A DNA stretch of 59,835 bases, counting the filler, from Sphacelaria rigidula (lineage: Eukaryota), in assembly GCA_964200075.2 (NCBI GenBank). It is 7 parts of 7 records of this genome, joined end to end, with 100 filler letters (N's around TTAATTAATTAA, not from the genome) between each part and the next. Parts side by side here need not be neighbours in the genome. Positions count along the whole stretch, not along the records: positions 17,127 to 25,589 come from CAXNAA020011059.1; positions 25,690 to 34,151 come from CAXNAA020011060.1; 5 more parts are not named here. One strand, 5' to 3'. Under the pieces are notes generated by a model. It saw only the letters and a list, made by a program, of their open reading frames with translations. It ran no database searches and was not told where the DNA came from. The position numbers and the translations under genes are program-made. Positions 23,601 to 34,251 of the stretch are shown here, one piece after another; positions within the stretch are counted from its first letter, which is position 1; each line of letters begins with the position of its first letter.

Positions 23601-24844
23601 AGGCAGTATCCCCACCCTCCCCACACCTCGCAGAATCCTCGGAGTGATGCCGCGGTAGCCCGCCCTAGAGAAGTGGTTGGTTTGAGGAGGCAGGCAAGAT
23701 CTGCATGTTAATCAAGATGATAAATGCCGAGCACGTTGAGCAGCTGGGAACCCCCACGCTGGGGATCGCTCTCGCCAATGCCGCCTGTGTGAGGTGCTTT
23801 CATGCAGTCTTGAACCAACGATCACGTGCTGTATGGCCAAGTTCTTCGTGACAGTATTGGGGCTGGTTTGTAGGGAGGCTATTGCGGCGTCACTCTTCGA
23901 TTCCCGAGAATTCCCGCTAGACTCGGTGTGTGTTTGCGCTCTTTTCCAAATCTTCGTATCTGCCCGATTTTCCCTTCATTTGCTGTGACTAGGAGGAAGT
24001 TACCGACGCTCCGATGTGGGCCCCTCCGTTCCCACCAGAGGAATTTGACGGCTACGATGACGAGGCAGGCATGGAGACCCAGGTATTGACTATTGACTCC
24101 CGGACTCCGGGACTGACGTTTTCTGCTCTTCTTGTTGTTATTGTTGGAATCGGAATTGGAGTTGGAGTTGGAGTTGGAATTGGAATTGTTATTATTTTAT
24201 TTTCAATATATAGTTTTTTCCTCGATTCGTTTTTCACTCGCTTCCATCCATATTCATATTCATGTTCATGTTCATATTTTCGTGTATGTGTATATCCGTT
24301 TTGCTCCGGTCCGTTCTAATGTACGGTGGGGGTACTTTTTAAACATCTCCGTCGGCTTTTCCATTTTTTTTAATGGGAAAACGGAAGAAAAGATTCCGAT
24401 AGTTTCATGATAGTGTGCTAAAATTTTATGCATCCTATCTCAACGTGTCACATCCATGGTGCAATGCCCACCACCGCCATTATGACCCCGAAGAACAGGG
24501 AGATCACATATACTACAGGGTAGGATAGTCATGGTGTGTGCAGTGCGGGGCTGGGTGGGCACGAAAGAAGCCGCTATGCTGATTTCGGGCGGTGACCACT
24601 TTCCGGTCGGAAATGGCAACGTACATTGCGGTGGAAATTTGCGCGTGCAGCTTCCCATCTTTTCATATTTTTTTCGGAATGTGGTCACGGAGAGTGGTGG
24701 AAATGGAAGGACTACTGACAAAAAAATATTTGTACACCCGGGTGCACAGAAATGTGCATACACACCCTTGGATCATGACGAATACCCATGGTTGCGCTTG
24801 CAGTATATACGGTATTGTAGGGTAAAGTACAGCATAAAGTACGA

Positions 24845-25291
24845 AGTTCTGTACCCGCAGGGACATCGTCCATAGTGCTTTGTGTGTCGGGCTCTGCCTC
24901 CTCCCCAGGGCGAGGTATGCCGTCGGCGTCCAAGTGGGTATCGCCCGAACTCTCCTCTGGCGCCCTAAAGGAGGGGTCGAAATCCCTATCATGTAAACAT
25001 ATTCCTTGAGCATCCCCGCCCAGGGGTAGGGATATTTTTCCTGTCGCCGATCTGGGGTCAGCGTCGTCATGGGCACTGACCCCAGATCGGCGATGGGAAA
25101 AGTGACCCTACCCCTAGGCGGAGAGTCTCAGGGGCTACGTCTACACCATTGGGATTTCGACCCCTCCTTTAGGGCGCCAGAGGAGAGTTCGGGTGATACT
25201 CACTCGGACGCCGACGGCATACCTCGCCCTGGGGAGGAGAAACAGCCCTACACACAAGCTCTGTGGACGATGTCCCCGCGGATGCAGAACT
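24845..25291. repeat. 447-nt GC-rich hairpin (inverted repeat with a ~6-nt loop)
   Basis: Arms of ~220 nt align with a single 1-nt indel and contain perfect blocks of 34 and 43 bp. The loop is at ~25066-25071. Confidence 0.95.
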
Positions 25292-25589
25292 GCGGCTGTC
25301 GTCGGATGGCTAGCTCCTTGGTATGGGTAAAGCGCGCACGCGCGCCGATCCTACGAGCTTCGGATGACGACTCACCAATCGCTGAGGAACAACGCGCGGA
25401 TGGGTAGGGTGACTCGTGTAGAGAGTCAAGCCGGGGGACACTGCAAGGAGGTTTGCCGGGTGAGGATGATTTATCATCCAAGTCCAAGACTACCTGGAGG
25501 GGGGGGGGGGGGGGGGGGGCCCCCCCCTCGCCGGGGCTCCTGCCACCCCCCCAAAACGAAAAAAAAAACCTGGGGGTGGGGTGTCAGGG

Positions 25590-25689
25590 NNNNNNNNNNN
25601 NNNNNNNNNNNNNNNNNNNNNNNNNNNNNNNNNTTAATTAATTAANNNNNNNNNNNNNNNNNNNNNNNNNNNNNNNNNNNNNNNNNNNN
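25590..25689. other. Artificial contig-joining spacer
   Basis: N-TTAATTAATTAA-N, 100 nt. Confidence 0.98.
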
Positions 25690-26428
25690 GATTCGTCCAC
25701 GCTACTAATTTTCTGAGATGGTTGAGAACATGAATGCCGTGGACGTATCAGGTACGAGCAAATTTGATTCAACCGTACGTTTTCGAGTCAAAAACAATTT
25801 GATAAGACACGGCCGAAGACCAGAGGAATGGTACCGTCAAATCCGTCTCCGTATCTTGCATCCGCACACAGCCTTCGACGGCAGAACAACCGACGTAAAT
25901 ACTGAGAAGGGGTTTGATGAATTGCAGTAGGTACTGGTATGCGGCTGCATTACACTCCATGCGGTACTGCACTGACCGCAACTATATGTTCTTGTACCAT
26001 GGAGAAATATCGCCACGTGACGTGTGTAGCTCGCACATCAAGCCAGTTTTGGTTCATTGTCGTAATGAATTTGCTCCGGCTGCGGCTGGCAATGCGATCC
26101 GGTGTCTGGGGAGGATTAGCACTACGAGAGGGACGTGGGAACTATACGCGGAACAGCAGGCCACACATGACAGACTCAAAGCACGCTCCATGTGTTGTCA
26201 TGCTGTCCGTGTAGAAGAGGTGCCGCTTGGGCACTGCACGGCTGCAAGATTTTTTCCCAATCCAGTTTCAAGTTGCAAACACGGTGCCTCTCAACCGTTA
26301 CATCCAATACCACCCCCCGCCTCCCCAACTTGAACGGACTTACACCCATCTGCAATCGAAGTACCTTCATGAACCAAAATGAATTTATTAGGATCCAAGA
26401 ATAAAACCATGACGCAGGCAATACTTAC

Positions 26429-26610
26429 TCCTCCCGAGCCTTCAGCAAGTCCAGGCTACATGGTCGGTGTTGCCTGAGATAGCCCACCAATGCCAGGTGT
26501 GCACCATAGTCGAGCGGCGCGTCCTTGACCGCTCGCTTCAAGAGGGCGAATTGCTCCGCCAAAGCAGGAGCTCCGCCCGCAGAGAGGGGGCCATTTTCAT
26601 CTACTTCCAT
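26429..26610 (-). CDS. SART3: First exon of a SART3/Prp24-like U4/U6 snRNP recycling factor (HAT-repeat N-terminus)
   Basis: MEVDENGPLSAGGAPALAEQFALLKRAVKDAPLDYGAHLALVGYLRQHRPCSLDLLKARE resembles the SART3 N-terminal DYxxHxxLxxxLR...AR motif. Canonical GA|GTAAGT donor. Confidence 0.7.
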
Positions 26611-27047
26611 AGCCTTGTTGCTTGCCTCTGCACGATATTTCACGTCTTTGATTTCCCCAGACCTATATGCAATATGGTCAGCTGTCGCAGAAGACTCCCC
26701 CTGATAGGTCAGGAAAATGACTATCAAGGAGGTTCAGCAAGATGTATTCGATAGCGTGTTTGGATCCCAGTCCCGTACATATTGAGAGACAAGTAGATTG
26801 TTTGGTTGTCGCACATTAGTCGGTAGGTACCAATCGACGTATTCATGGGCACTATGGGTAGTTAATACTGACAAGAGAGATGATTGCTAATTGAGGCAAC
26901 ATAGAGTAAAATCTCCCCCAGCACACATGTATAGTACCGGAGAGACATGGGTACAGATGACCGCGGGTCTGAACCTAGATGCTGATGGACAAGCAGGATG
27001 ACCACATTAAGTATTCACATACTGTGCCAAGTGCACGCAACGGAGCG

Positions 27048-27197
27048 ATGGTACGCGCATGCCTGTGCAAGAAATGGGGCCCTCCTTCCTCTCTCGAGAT
27101 CGTAGATGGTCTACCCCTTCCGAGCCCCCGAAAGGGCGAGGTTAGGATACGAGTGTCTGCTTGCGGGGTAAATTATCCCGATTTGCTCATCGTTCAG
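27048..27197 (+). CDS. NADPH:quinone oxidoreductase (MDR/zeta-crystallin family), exon 1 of join(27048..27197,27541..27629,28562..28724,29494..29580,33665..33880), 3' partial
   Basis: MVRACLCKKWGPPSSLEIVDGLPLPSPRKGEVRIRVSACGVNYPDLLIVQ is the GroES-like MDR N-terminus. CAG|GTACAG donor. All five exons splice in consistent phase. Confidence 0.92.
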
Positions 27198-27540
27198 GTA
27201 CAGGATACTGATGTAGTCATGTATCTATTACTCGTATCTATTACTAGCTAGCTGCGGGGAAATCGGAAGCAGGTGGTGTATCGGAGGTACCTTGCAGTAT
27301 CTTTCGAAATCATTGATATCTCGGCAGCGACCAATGATTATGACCGTGGAATCTTTTGTGTACATCGGTCAGTGTCCGCATAACCGTTTATTCCCACGAT
27401 AAGTTTCGGGATACTTGTGATCGCGCTTGTACCGCGCCAGCGCCTGCATCTAGCGTCCTCCCTGACTGGCAACATTTTACTGTACCGGCGTGCCGGACAT
27501 GGTTGCGTGCTTGGCCGACCGAATCCAAACGGCGCTCCAG

Positions 27541-27629
27541 GGCAAATATCAGTCGAAACCGCCGCTGCCTTTTGCGCCCGGAGGCGAAGTGGCGGGTGTG
27601 ATCACGGCGATTGGAGAAGGCTGTACAAG
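27541..27629 (+). CDS. Quinone oxidoreductase exon 2
   Basis: GKYQSKPPLPFAPGGEVAGVITAIGEGCT, the QOR signature GxYQxxPPLPFxPGxExAG. CAG acceptor, phase-2 donor. Confidence 0.92.
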
Positions 27630-27960
27630 GTGACGGTAATGGCACAAATTTTACGGGTCAACCGTTTGACTGCGGCATGGTCATTTTCAGCCCCCGTGTA
27701 CGCTAGTGAAAGCGAAATTGTTTGTAATTTGACGCGCATGTCCCCTCAGCAGTCGGGGCCCATGGAATCTTCGCTTTCACCTGGCTAACACTCAGGTTGT
27801 CAAGGATGCGGCAATAGCACAAATTTACAGGTTAAACATTTAACTATGGCATGGTCATTTTCAGCCCCTGTATGCCAGTGAATGCGGAATTGTTTGTGAG
27901 TTGATGCGCATGCTCCCTCAGCGATAGAGGTCGACGAAATCGTCGCTCTCAACTGGCTGG
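27617..27960 (+). repeat. Diverged ~175-bp tandem duplication at the exon 2/intron 2 boundary
   Basis: GGCATGGTCATTTTCAGCCCC..TA.GC.AGTGAA.GCG.AATTGTTTGT.A.TTGA.GCGCATG occurs at ~27674 and ~27848. Confidence 0.8.
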
Positions 27961-28561
27961 CGAACTGTCCGTGCGACTCATAACCTCAACAATCATGGGG
28001 TACACTGTACTGACTGTGCTGTAATCCGTTATCCATTTTCGCAATATTCTGGACTTGAAAATATCCATGCATGCGTCGCACGAACGAAAGCTATTGTAGC
28101 ACAGACCGCAGCGCGTGTAATGTCTGTAGCAAATGTATCCATCGTGTGTCTTGGCAAGCTCGAGACAAAAACAGCGGGAAAATGAATACGCTTGCATTTC
28201 GTCCATCGTGAGATGCTCCGCAGAAACGGACGCCATCTGTGATAAAAAGATCAAGCCTTTTCCCGCTGTCGGACGGACGTCTTGAATGTGCAGGTTGATA
28301 CGATGACGGGTGAACAGCTACAGTATATGCCGCATGTATGTACAGTAGTGTTTTTTTGTTTTTCAGCAGGATGATAAATCAAGGCCATGTCAGCAGCGCG
28401 TTCGCATATCTGAAACACGACGACACGTGGATGTCCTTTTTTCTAATGTTTTGCACACTGACATATTCGCGTTCCCGGCACGCAGCCGATCGCGTGTCTG
28501 TTTTACTCTTTATTCATGCCGTTGTATGAAACAACACAAAACCTCGCTTGCGGCGCGGTAG

Positions 28562-28724
28562 GTTCCGGCTGGGCGACAATGTTGTCGCATTCGTGGGTTA
28601 CGGCGGTTACACCACCGATCTTGTGGTGGAGGAGAGGCACGTCGCCCCGTTACCACCAGGCATGGACCTCGTCACCGGGTCGGCTTTTTTTCTGGCCTAC
28701 GGTACTGCAGACTACGCACTACGG
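28562..28724 (+). CDS. Quinone oxidoreductase exon 3
   Basis: FRLGDNVVAFVGYGGYTTDLVVEERHVAPLPPGMDLVTGSAFFLAYGTADYALR. TAG acceptor, CGG|GTAAGT donor. Confidence 0.92.
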
Positions 28725-29493
28725 GTAAGTAGGGGCAGTTTTTCGTGGCCTCTGTGGTACACTAGTTCCCTGGCAGCATGCGATTTCGGAAGTTGTCTAG
28801 GCCCAGGCCGCGGGAGAGAGAGTGAAATCAGTAAACGCCGCCCTCTACGGGTTTCTTCATATCGGTATATGACCGCGTGGAAGGGTTACTCGTATCAAAT
28901 AGGATAATATATAAGGATGAGCTGGCACGCAGTGTTTTTGTTTGGCCAATCAAGAAGCTGCGTGCCACTTTTCCCTCCTATCCTACCACGAGATTACTTC
29001 AGCAGCTTTTGTTGTGGCGGCGAGCGTAGTTCGGAATCACTTGCGCGACTTAGTGGGGTGCTGTCGCAAACTTCCTTCGGTAATTATCATTGCAGGGTAG
29101 CCCCTGTCTCAATATATGCGGAAATCACTGTGGGATCATTTTCAGAACCGAATATTTGTTTCCTTGTGAGCCGATACGGTTGCCATCTTCTGCTTTTTTT
29201 GCCTTTTCCTTGCGAGAGGGGCAGCCTTTTTCATAGTGTACTGATCACCTATTGCCACTGTACTTACTCCATGTGAGAGACCCACACCTCTATGGCTGGA
29301 TGCTCTAGAGCTCACAGGGTATTTCAGCCTGCCGACCGTTTCGCTTCTCTTTCCTTCTCACTTATTTTCGCTTGCCGGTATTTCAGGGTGCAGAGGGGGG
29401 ATAGCGAAAGGCAAGCGCAGTTTCTATTACTCGGAATACTTATGATTCAATCCCTCTGTGCAACAAGGCGCCTTTGCTCGTCAATGCGCGCAG

Positions 29494-29580
29494 GTTCGCG
29501 CAAAGCTGCAGAAGGGGGAGTTAGTCCTAGTGCTGGGAGCCTCGGGAGGAGTAGGATTGGCAGCCGTGCAACTCGCAAAG
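29494..29580 (+). CDS. Quinone oxidoreductase exon 4 (NADPH-binding loop)
   Basis: VRAKLQKGELVLVLGASGGVGLAAVQLAK, the Rossmann GASGGVG motif. CAG acceptor, AAG|GTAATT donor. Confidence 0.92.
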
Positions 29581-30809
29581 GTAATTATATTTTTTCTCGA
29601 CGTGCCCCCACTGCAACAACCACTAGACTTGGCTTGAACAGTATTGTGCTTTGTTACACGCCAGGGTTTGTGCTCTGCCCCGTAAGTCTTTCATCGATAG
29701 GGGTTTCCGGAAGCAGTACTCCTTTGTGGCCTCTCTTCCGTGAGGTGCAACATGCTTTTGTTACGTTGCGGGGTGTTCTGAGGACACAGATGGGGTCGAT
29801 TGGTGGGGAACGACGGTAAGGCGGGGAACAGCCCGTCTCGCTCTGACCGCATGCAGATGAGCTGCGTCCATTCCACGCGTTGGCCCTGGCTGACCTCATT
29901 TTGTTTTACTCCCGTCTAGAAGATCTATGTTGCCTGGAAACGCTACGCGTTATTAGAACATCTCGACCCGAGCATTTAGAACATCGAGGACATGTTCGCT
30001 ACGATGGGGACCACCGAAATGATTGTGCAGTATCCTCGTGTGCCGCGGCTCCCCGTCTCGGTTTACGCTGTCAATATATTCGGAGTCTCATGTATCAGTC
30101 AAATGGGCACGGCTCTAACAGCCGATGAGAAAAGGATGGACAAGGGCAAAACCTCGTGGGAGTTGGGTAAAGGTATCATGGTTAATCATAGAGTATTTCA
30201 AGGAGAGGGAGTGGCAGCAAGTTTTTGCTCGCGGCTTCTACAAGCATCGAGTGATTATCGCGACAAGCCACAGAGATCCCAGCAAATGATCAACAACGTC
30301 CCAAAGAGCCAGATATTTACCCGCAGTTTCGCTCTATTGATATGTTTCGAGCCAGCGGCAATGCTCAAGTCAAAGAGTAGTCAAACAAATCTCATGGAAA
30401 CGTGTCCCCTTTACAACCGGCATATACGGAAAAGCCAAGCAGCATAATCGATCAAAAACACGTCTTACTAGCCCTTCGGAGATATATCTGATCGTCATCA
30501 ATCGGTCAGGTCGGGGAACAGTGCCCTTCATCAATCTACACCTACTGAGACAACATGTTCAAAACCAACCAAAATAATTCGTAGAATATTGACCCTCACA
30601 TCGGATCCGAACAGGTGCGACGGCAATGTACCGAAATTGTCAATCAACTTGCCAATATTGCTGTGCCCCGAATACCACTTGCGCAAAGTGAGACAACAAA
30701 AAATCCACATCACCATAGATCAATCAAGTCAAAGGGCGGTTGCCCGCGGCGGACCTGCATCCACTGAGACGATCAAAATGGAATATGAAACCAGTGAGTT
30801 TGGTAACTT

Positions 30810-30954
30810 CCACCCTCTGGATAATGACAACATACTACATCGTCGAAAATTGTACTGTGTATAGTATCGACTATTGCGTCTATTGCGTGGATAATACGTT
30901 CCGTACCGTACGCAGTATAATTTTCGACAACGTCATCTATTGTCCACGGTGTGG
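30810..30954. mobile_element. Short palindromic MITE, same family as 55822-55962
   Basis: CCACCCTCTGGATAAT...TCGAAAATTGTACTGTGTATAGTA versus the inverted TACCGTACGCAGTATAATTTTCGA...ATTGTCCACGGTGTGG. Confidence 0.55.
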
Positions 30955-31691
30955 TATGTTCAATTTCTAACGTCAAGTACTCATATTTTTTTCTTCAGCT
31001 ATCCGCCCGCATCAGACAGCTTTCGTGTATATGTAGTGGTAAAGAATCAACTCAAGGGCTATCCTGAATGAATGAATAGAAAGCTTGGGCGGTAGGGGAG
31101 GGGGCAGGAAGTGTGACGGGCTGTAGAAGAAGAAGAAAAAATACCACTACCAAATGCATCTTGTATCCGGGGGGTATAATTTCAAACGGAAGAGTCTCCC
31201 TAAATGATACCCACTAACATAACAAAGTCGCCGTCAAGATCTCTCTCATACTGCACATCAACTTTTTTTTCTCAACACATGCAATGTCCAGCGACGATGT
31301 AACCTTAGGATGGATACTATCATCGCTGAGCACACCAAGTACCCGATTCGGCCCGCAAGACTACGTTCATCAACCGTGAATCACCGCGTGCTTTTCTCAA
31401 ATCAATCATTATATCAAGGGGTGCATGCCCCGACACCATCAGTGTCAAAACGAAACAGATCACAAATTACGAACACAATCGCAGCTATCGCCGCGTCAGA
31501 GATGCCATGAAACGCTCTTGCAAATGATGCACGCGGAAGTCATCTCTACCGAGGACAAAGCGGGGAAGAGTCATGGGCCAACTTGAGGCGAACTCAGGAT
31601 ATCACACCACATCATCCATAGGAACCATCAAAGCCATATCACAAAAATTGAACGAAGAACAGCTGCCTTCTCCAGCTGGCCCTTCATCGCC

Positions 31692-32104
31692 TTGTGACGA
31701 TTTATAGGAAAACGATTAGACTACCGTATAGTCAGCGCTGACTGTACGGTAGTCTAATCGGCTGCCTATAAATCGTCACAAATGTTAGTCGTGGGGGTTC
31801 GATCCCCGTCACTTTCACTCCGAGGAGGGCGACTCTCCTTGCTAGCGCTGTTCAACTGTTCGCGCTCACGGTATCGGTCCAATGTTGCCACACGTATCCA
31901 TTCGGAGTTACTCGTCTCCCCCACTCATTTCCAGAGTGTGTGCACTGGGGTCCCTAGCAGTCAACTCGGGGATTGGACTCTCCCCCATCACCCTCTTTTT
32001 TACCGGAGGTAGGGTTTTCCTCTTCTTCTAAGAAAGTGCGTCCGACGGGAATCGAACCAGCGACTAACTTTTGTGACGATTTAGAGGAAACCGACACTAC
32101 CGCC
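31692..32104. mobile_element. 90-bp spacerless palindrome fused to two convergent tRNA-like (SINE) heads
   Basis: Arms 31692-31736 and 31737-31781 differ at 4 positions. The + head has TAGTCTAATCGG and GGTTCGATCCC (~31796). A homologous - head at 32037-32104 has GGTTCGATTCCC. Confidence 0.7.
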
Positions 32105-32929
32105 ATTACCGCCATTCAATTTGTCCCCAGGTTGCCCATCACGAGTCATTTCTCAGAAATATTTGCGCTCTCCATACGTAGCGTTTGAGCAGTCCTCTCG
32201 ACCCCATCGACGTACGGGGCTGTCCCCCCACCACGCGGTCGCTCGCCTGGCTGATCGCTGAAACTCAAGACAGGAAACCTCATCAGCAGGATATGAAAGG
32301 ATCATGGCACTAATCTTGACAACGCTTTTATTACCTAGCACCACCGGTCAGACGGGCCAACGACCCAGGCAAGAGGGTCAAGAGGATCAACAAGTAGCTG
32401 TGCACCTGAGAGATTCGAGGCTCGAAATACTTGTGTTCTGCTTTTCGATCTGGTAGCTCTCGAAATGACCTCAGATGTACCTCGTCGGTCGGTGCAAGGA
32501 CCACACGCGACCCTACACCGGCCGCGGTGTGCGTCCCGCCTCGTGACTCCTCCTCTCCGCTCGCCGCAGTCCTGGGCGTGACAGACGGTGTCCTGTGGAT
32601 TACTCAGGACATGGCCTCGGCCTACTTTGTCATCCTCTTTGTAATCTTGTGTACAACTCCCTCCAGCGCTTGCAACGCCACCAGAGATAACGGATTACCT
32701 AGATTATTTCTTTCGAGTGTTCGTATATTCGTAGTTCCGCGTATGAGTCGGATGAATGCGACTGGGACAGCCGACCAGAGATGGATAGACACGGCCGATA
32801 GTCGATTAGAGGTCGGTATAAGGTATAGTTGTCCACAGAGCGTCACAAGGAGGGAGATAGGGCATGTGACAGCAGGTGTATGCAGCGAAAACGCTTAGCC
32901 ATCCATGATCGGCTAGCGGACGTGTCCAT

Positions 32930-33270
32930 CTATCTCTGCTCGGCTCTCAGCCTTGTACGTCTGCCTGGTACACGAGGCTACGAATATACGAACACTCGAG
33001 AGAGTGCGTTATATCTGGCGGGGAGATAGCGTTGTAGGGAGCTGCACACATCACGGCTGAGGCTGCGGTGAGCAGAATCTCGTGCGCTACTCGTGACGTG
33101 GGGTCTGTCAACTCCGCCATCCTCTCCGTAACGTGGTGCACAGCTCTCCCCAGCGCTTTCAACTCGGGCACAGGTGGTGCAAACTCCAAAGTGTTCATAT
33201 ATTCATATCCTCTTCGTAGCTCCGCGTGTTGGTCAAATGGACGTGGCTTAGACAGCTGGTCAGAGATGTG
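32930..33270. repeat. Diverged inverted repeat (fold-back element)
   Basis: GAGGCTACGAATATACGAACACT (~32974) versus AGTGTTCATATATTCATATCCTC (~33190), with weaker similarity extending outward. Confidence 0.5.
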
Positions 33271-33664
33271 TTGAAGCAATCGTTGTTCGCAGTGTCGAAA
33301 AGAGAGGGAGTGACAAGAGGTATATACAACTCCTGCACACAGTATCGCATATACCGCGGCAAGCCATGAAGATACCAGAAAATATCGAGAAATAGTCCCA
33401 AATATGCAGACAATAACCCGAAGTTCCGTTACATGTGCAGTTGCGTCATACGACATCCATCTGCAGACTTTCAATGACATGAGCCTTCCGTGCATGAGCA
33501 TCCCCACGTGCACGTTTGAATGGCATGACTGCACCATCAACATATCCATATCCGTTCCGCTCGCATCTAGCGTACAGTGTCTGCCTCCTGTCAATTCCAG
33601 GCTCTATTTCAAGAACTACACCCGGAATCGTGCACAGTCTAAATCAAAGCCTCTTCCCACACAG

Positions 33665-33880
33665 GCGGCAGGTGCTATCGTAGTCGCCGCCGCGTCAACC
33701 GCCGAAAAGCTCGAGGCTTGTCGAGCTTCCGGGGCTGACTTTCTTCTCAACTACAGAGAGCTAGAAGGGGACGCGACGGGAAAGGGAGGAGGTGGCGGAT
33801 GGCGGGATGCACTCAAGGAACTCGTGGGTCGGAGAGGGATTGACGTCGTTCTTGACTCGGTTGGCGGAGCTGACTGCGAG
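33665..33880 (+). CDS. Quinone oxidoreductase exon 5
   Basis: AAGAIVVAAASTAEKLEACRASGADFLLNY...GRRGIDVVLDSVGGADCE. CAG acceptor, GAG|GTGTGA donor. Follows a 4084-nt intron. Confidence 0.92.
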
Positions 33881-34151
33881 GTGTGAGCGGTTGTGCTCGT
33901 GCATCTGTTGCCACGATGTGTAGCACCATATTTGAGTATACGAAAAACTTGAGAGCTTCGTCTTTGTGCGTACTTGAAATCCCTTTTACTTTGTCGGAGT
34001 CTCAAATTCTTGTTGCGCTGGCCGTTTTCAACGAGATTTGAATGACATCGTCTCGGTATCAGCACGTTGCGCACTGCCCCCCCGCCCCTCCTGGTTAGAC
34101 ACCCTTGAGGCAGTGTAAAAGACATGGCTGTCTCTGGAAGTGGCGATACCA

Positions 34152-34251
34152 NNNNNNNNNNNNNNNNNNNNNNNNNNNNNNNNNNNNNNNNNNNNTTAAT
34201 TAATTAANNNNNNNNNNNNNNNNNNNNNNNNNNNNNNNNNNNNNNNNNNNN
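34152..34251. other. Artificial contig-joining spacer
   Basis: N-TTAATTAATTAA-N, 100 nt. Confidence 0.98.

Noticed and set aside
24014..24410. ORFs with GIGIGVGVG / ELELEL and hydrophobic runs (also 38435-38701)
   Set aside because: These are translations of hexamer microsatellites (GGAGTT, TTCATG, GTGTTT), not membrane proteins.
25495..25589. G/C homopolymer-rich sequence at contig ends (also 8388-8463, 16084-16130, 34252-34380, 59787-59835) as G-quadruplex elements
   Set aside because: The sequence following long G/C runs looks like low-quality read tails, so it cannot be trusted.
30920..30965. NVIYCPRCGM resembling a Penelope GIY-YIG endonuclease
   Set aside because: There is no YIG motif or RT. 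The sequence is one arm of a palindromic MITE also found at 55822-55962.
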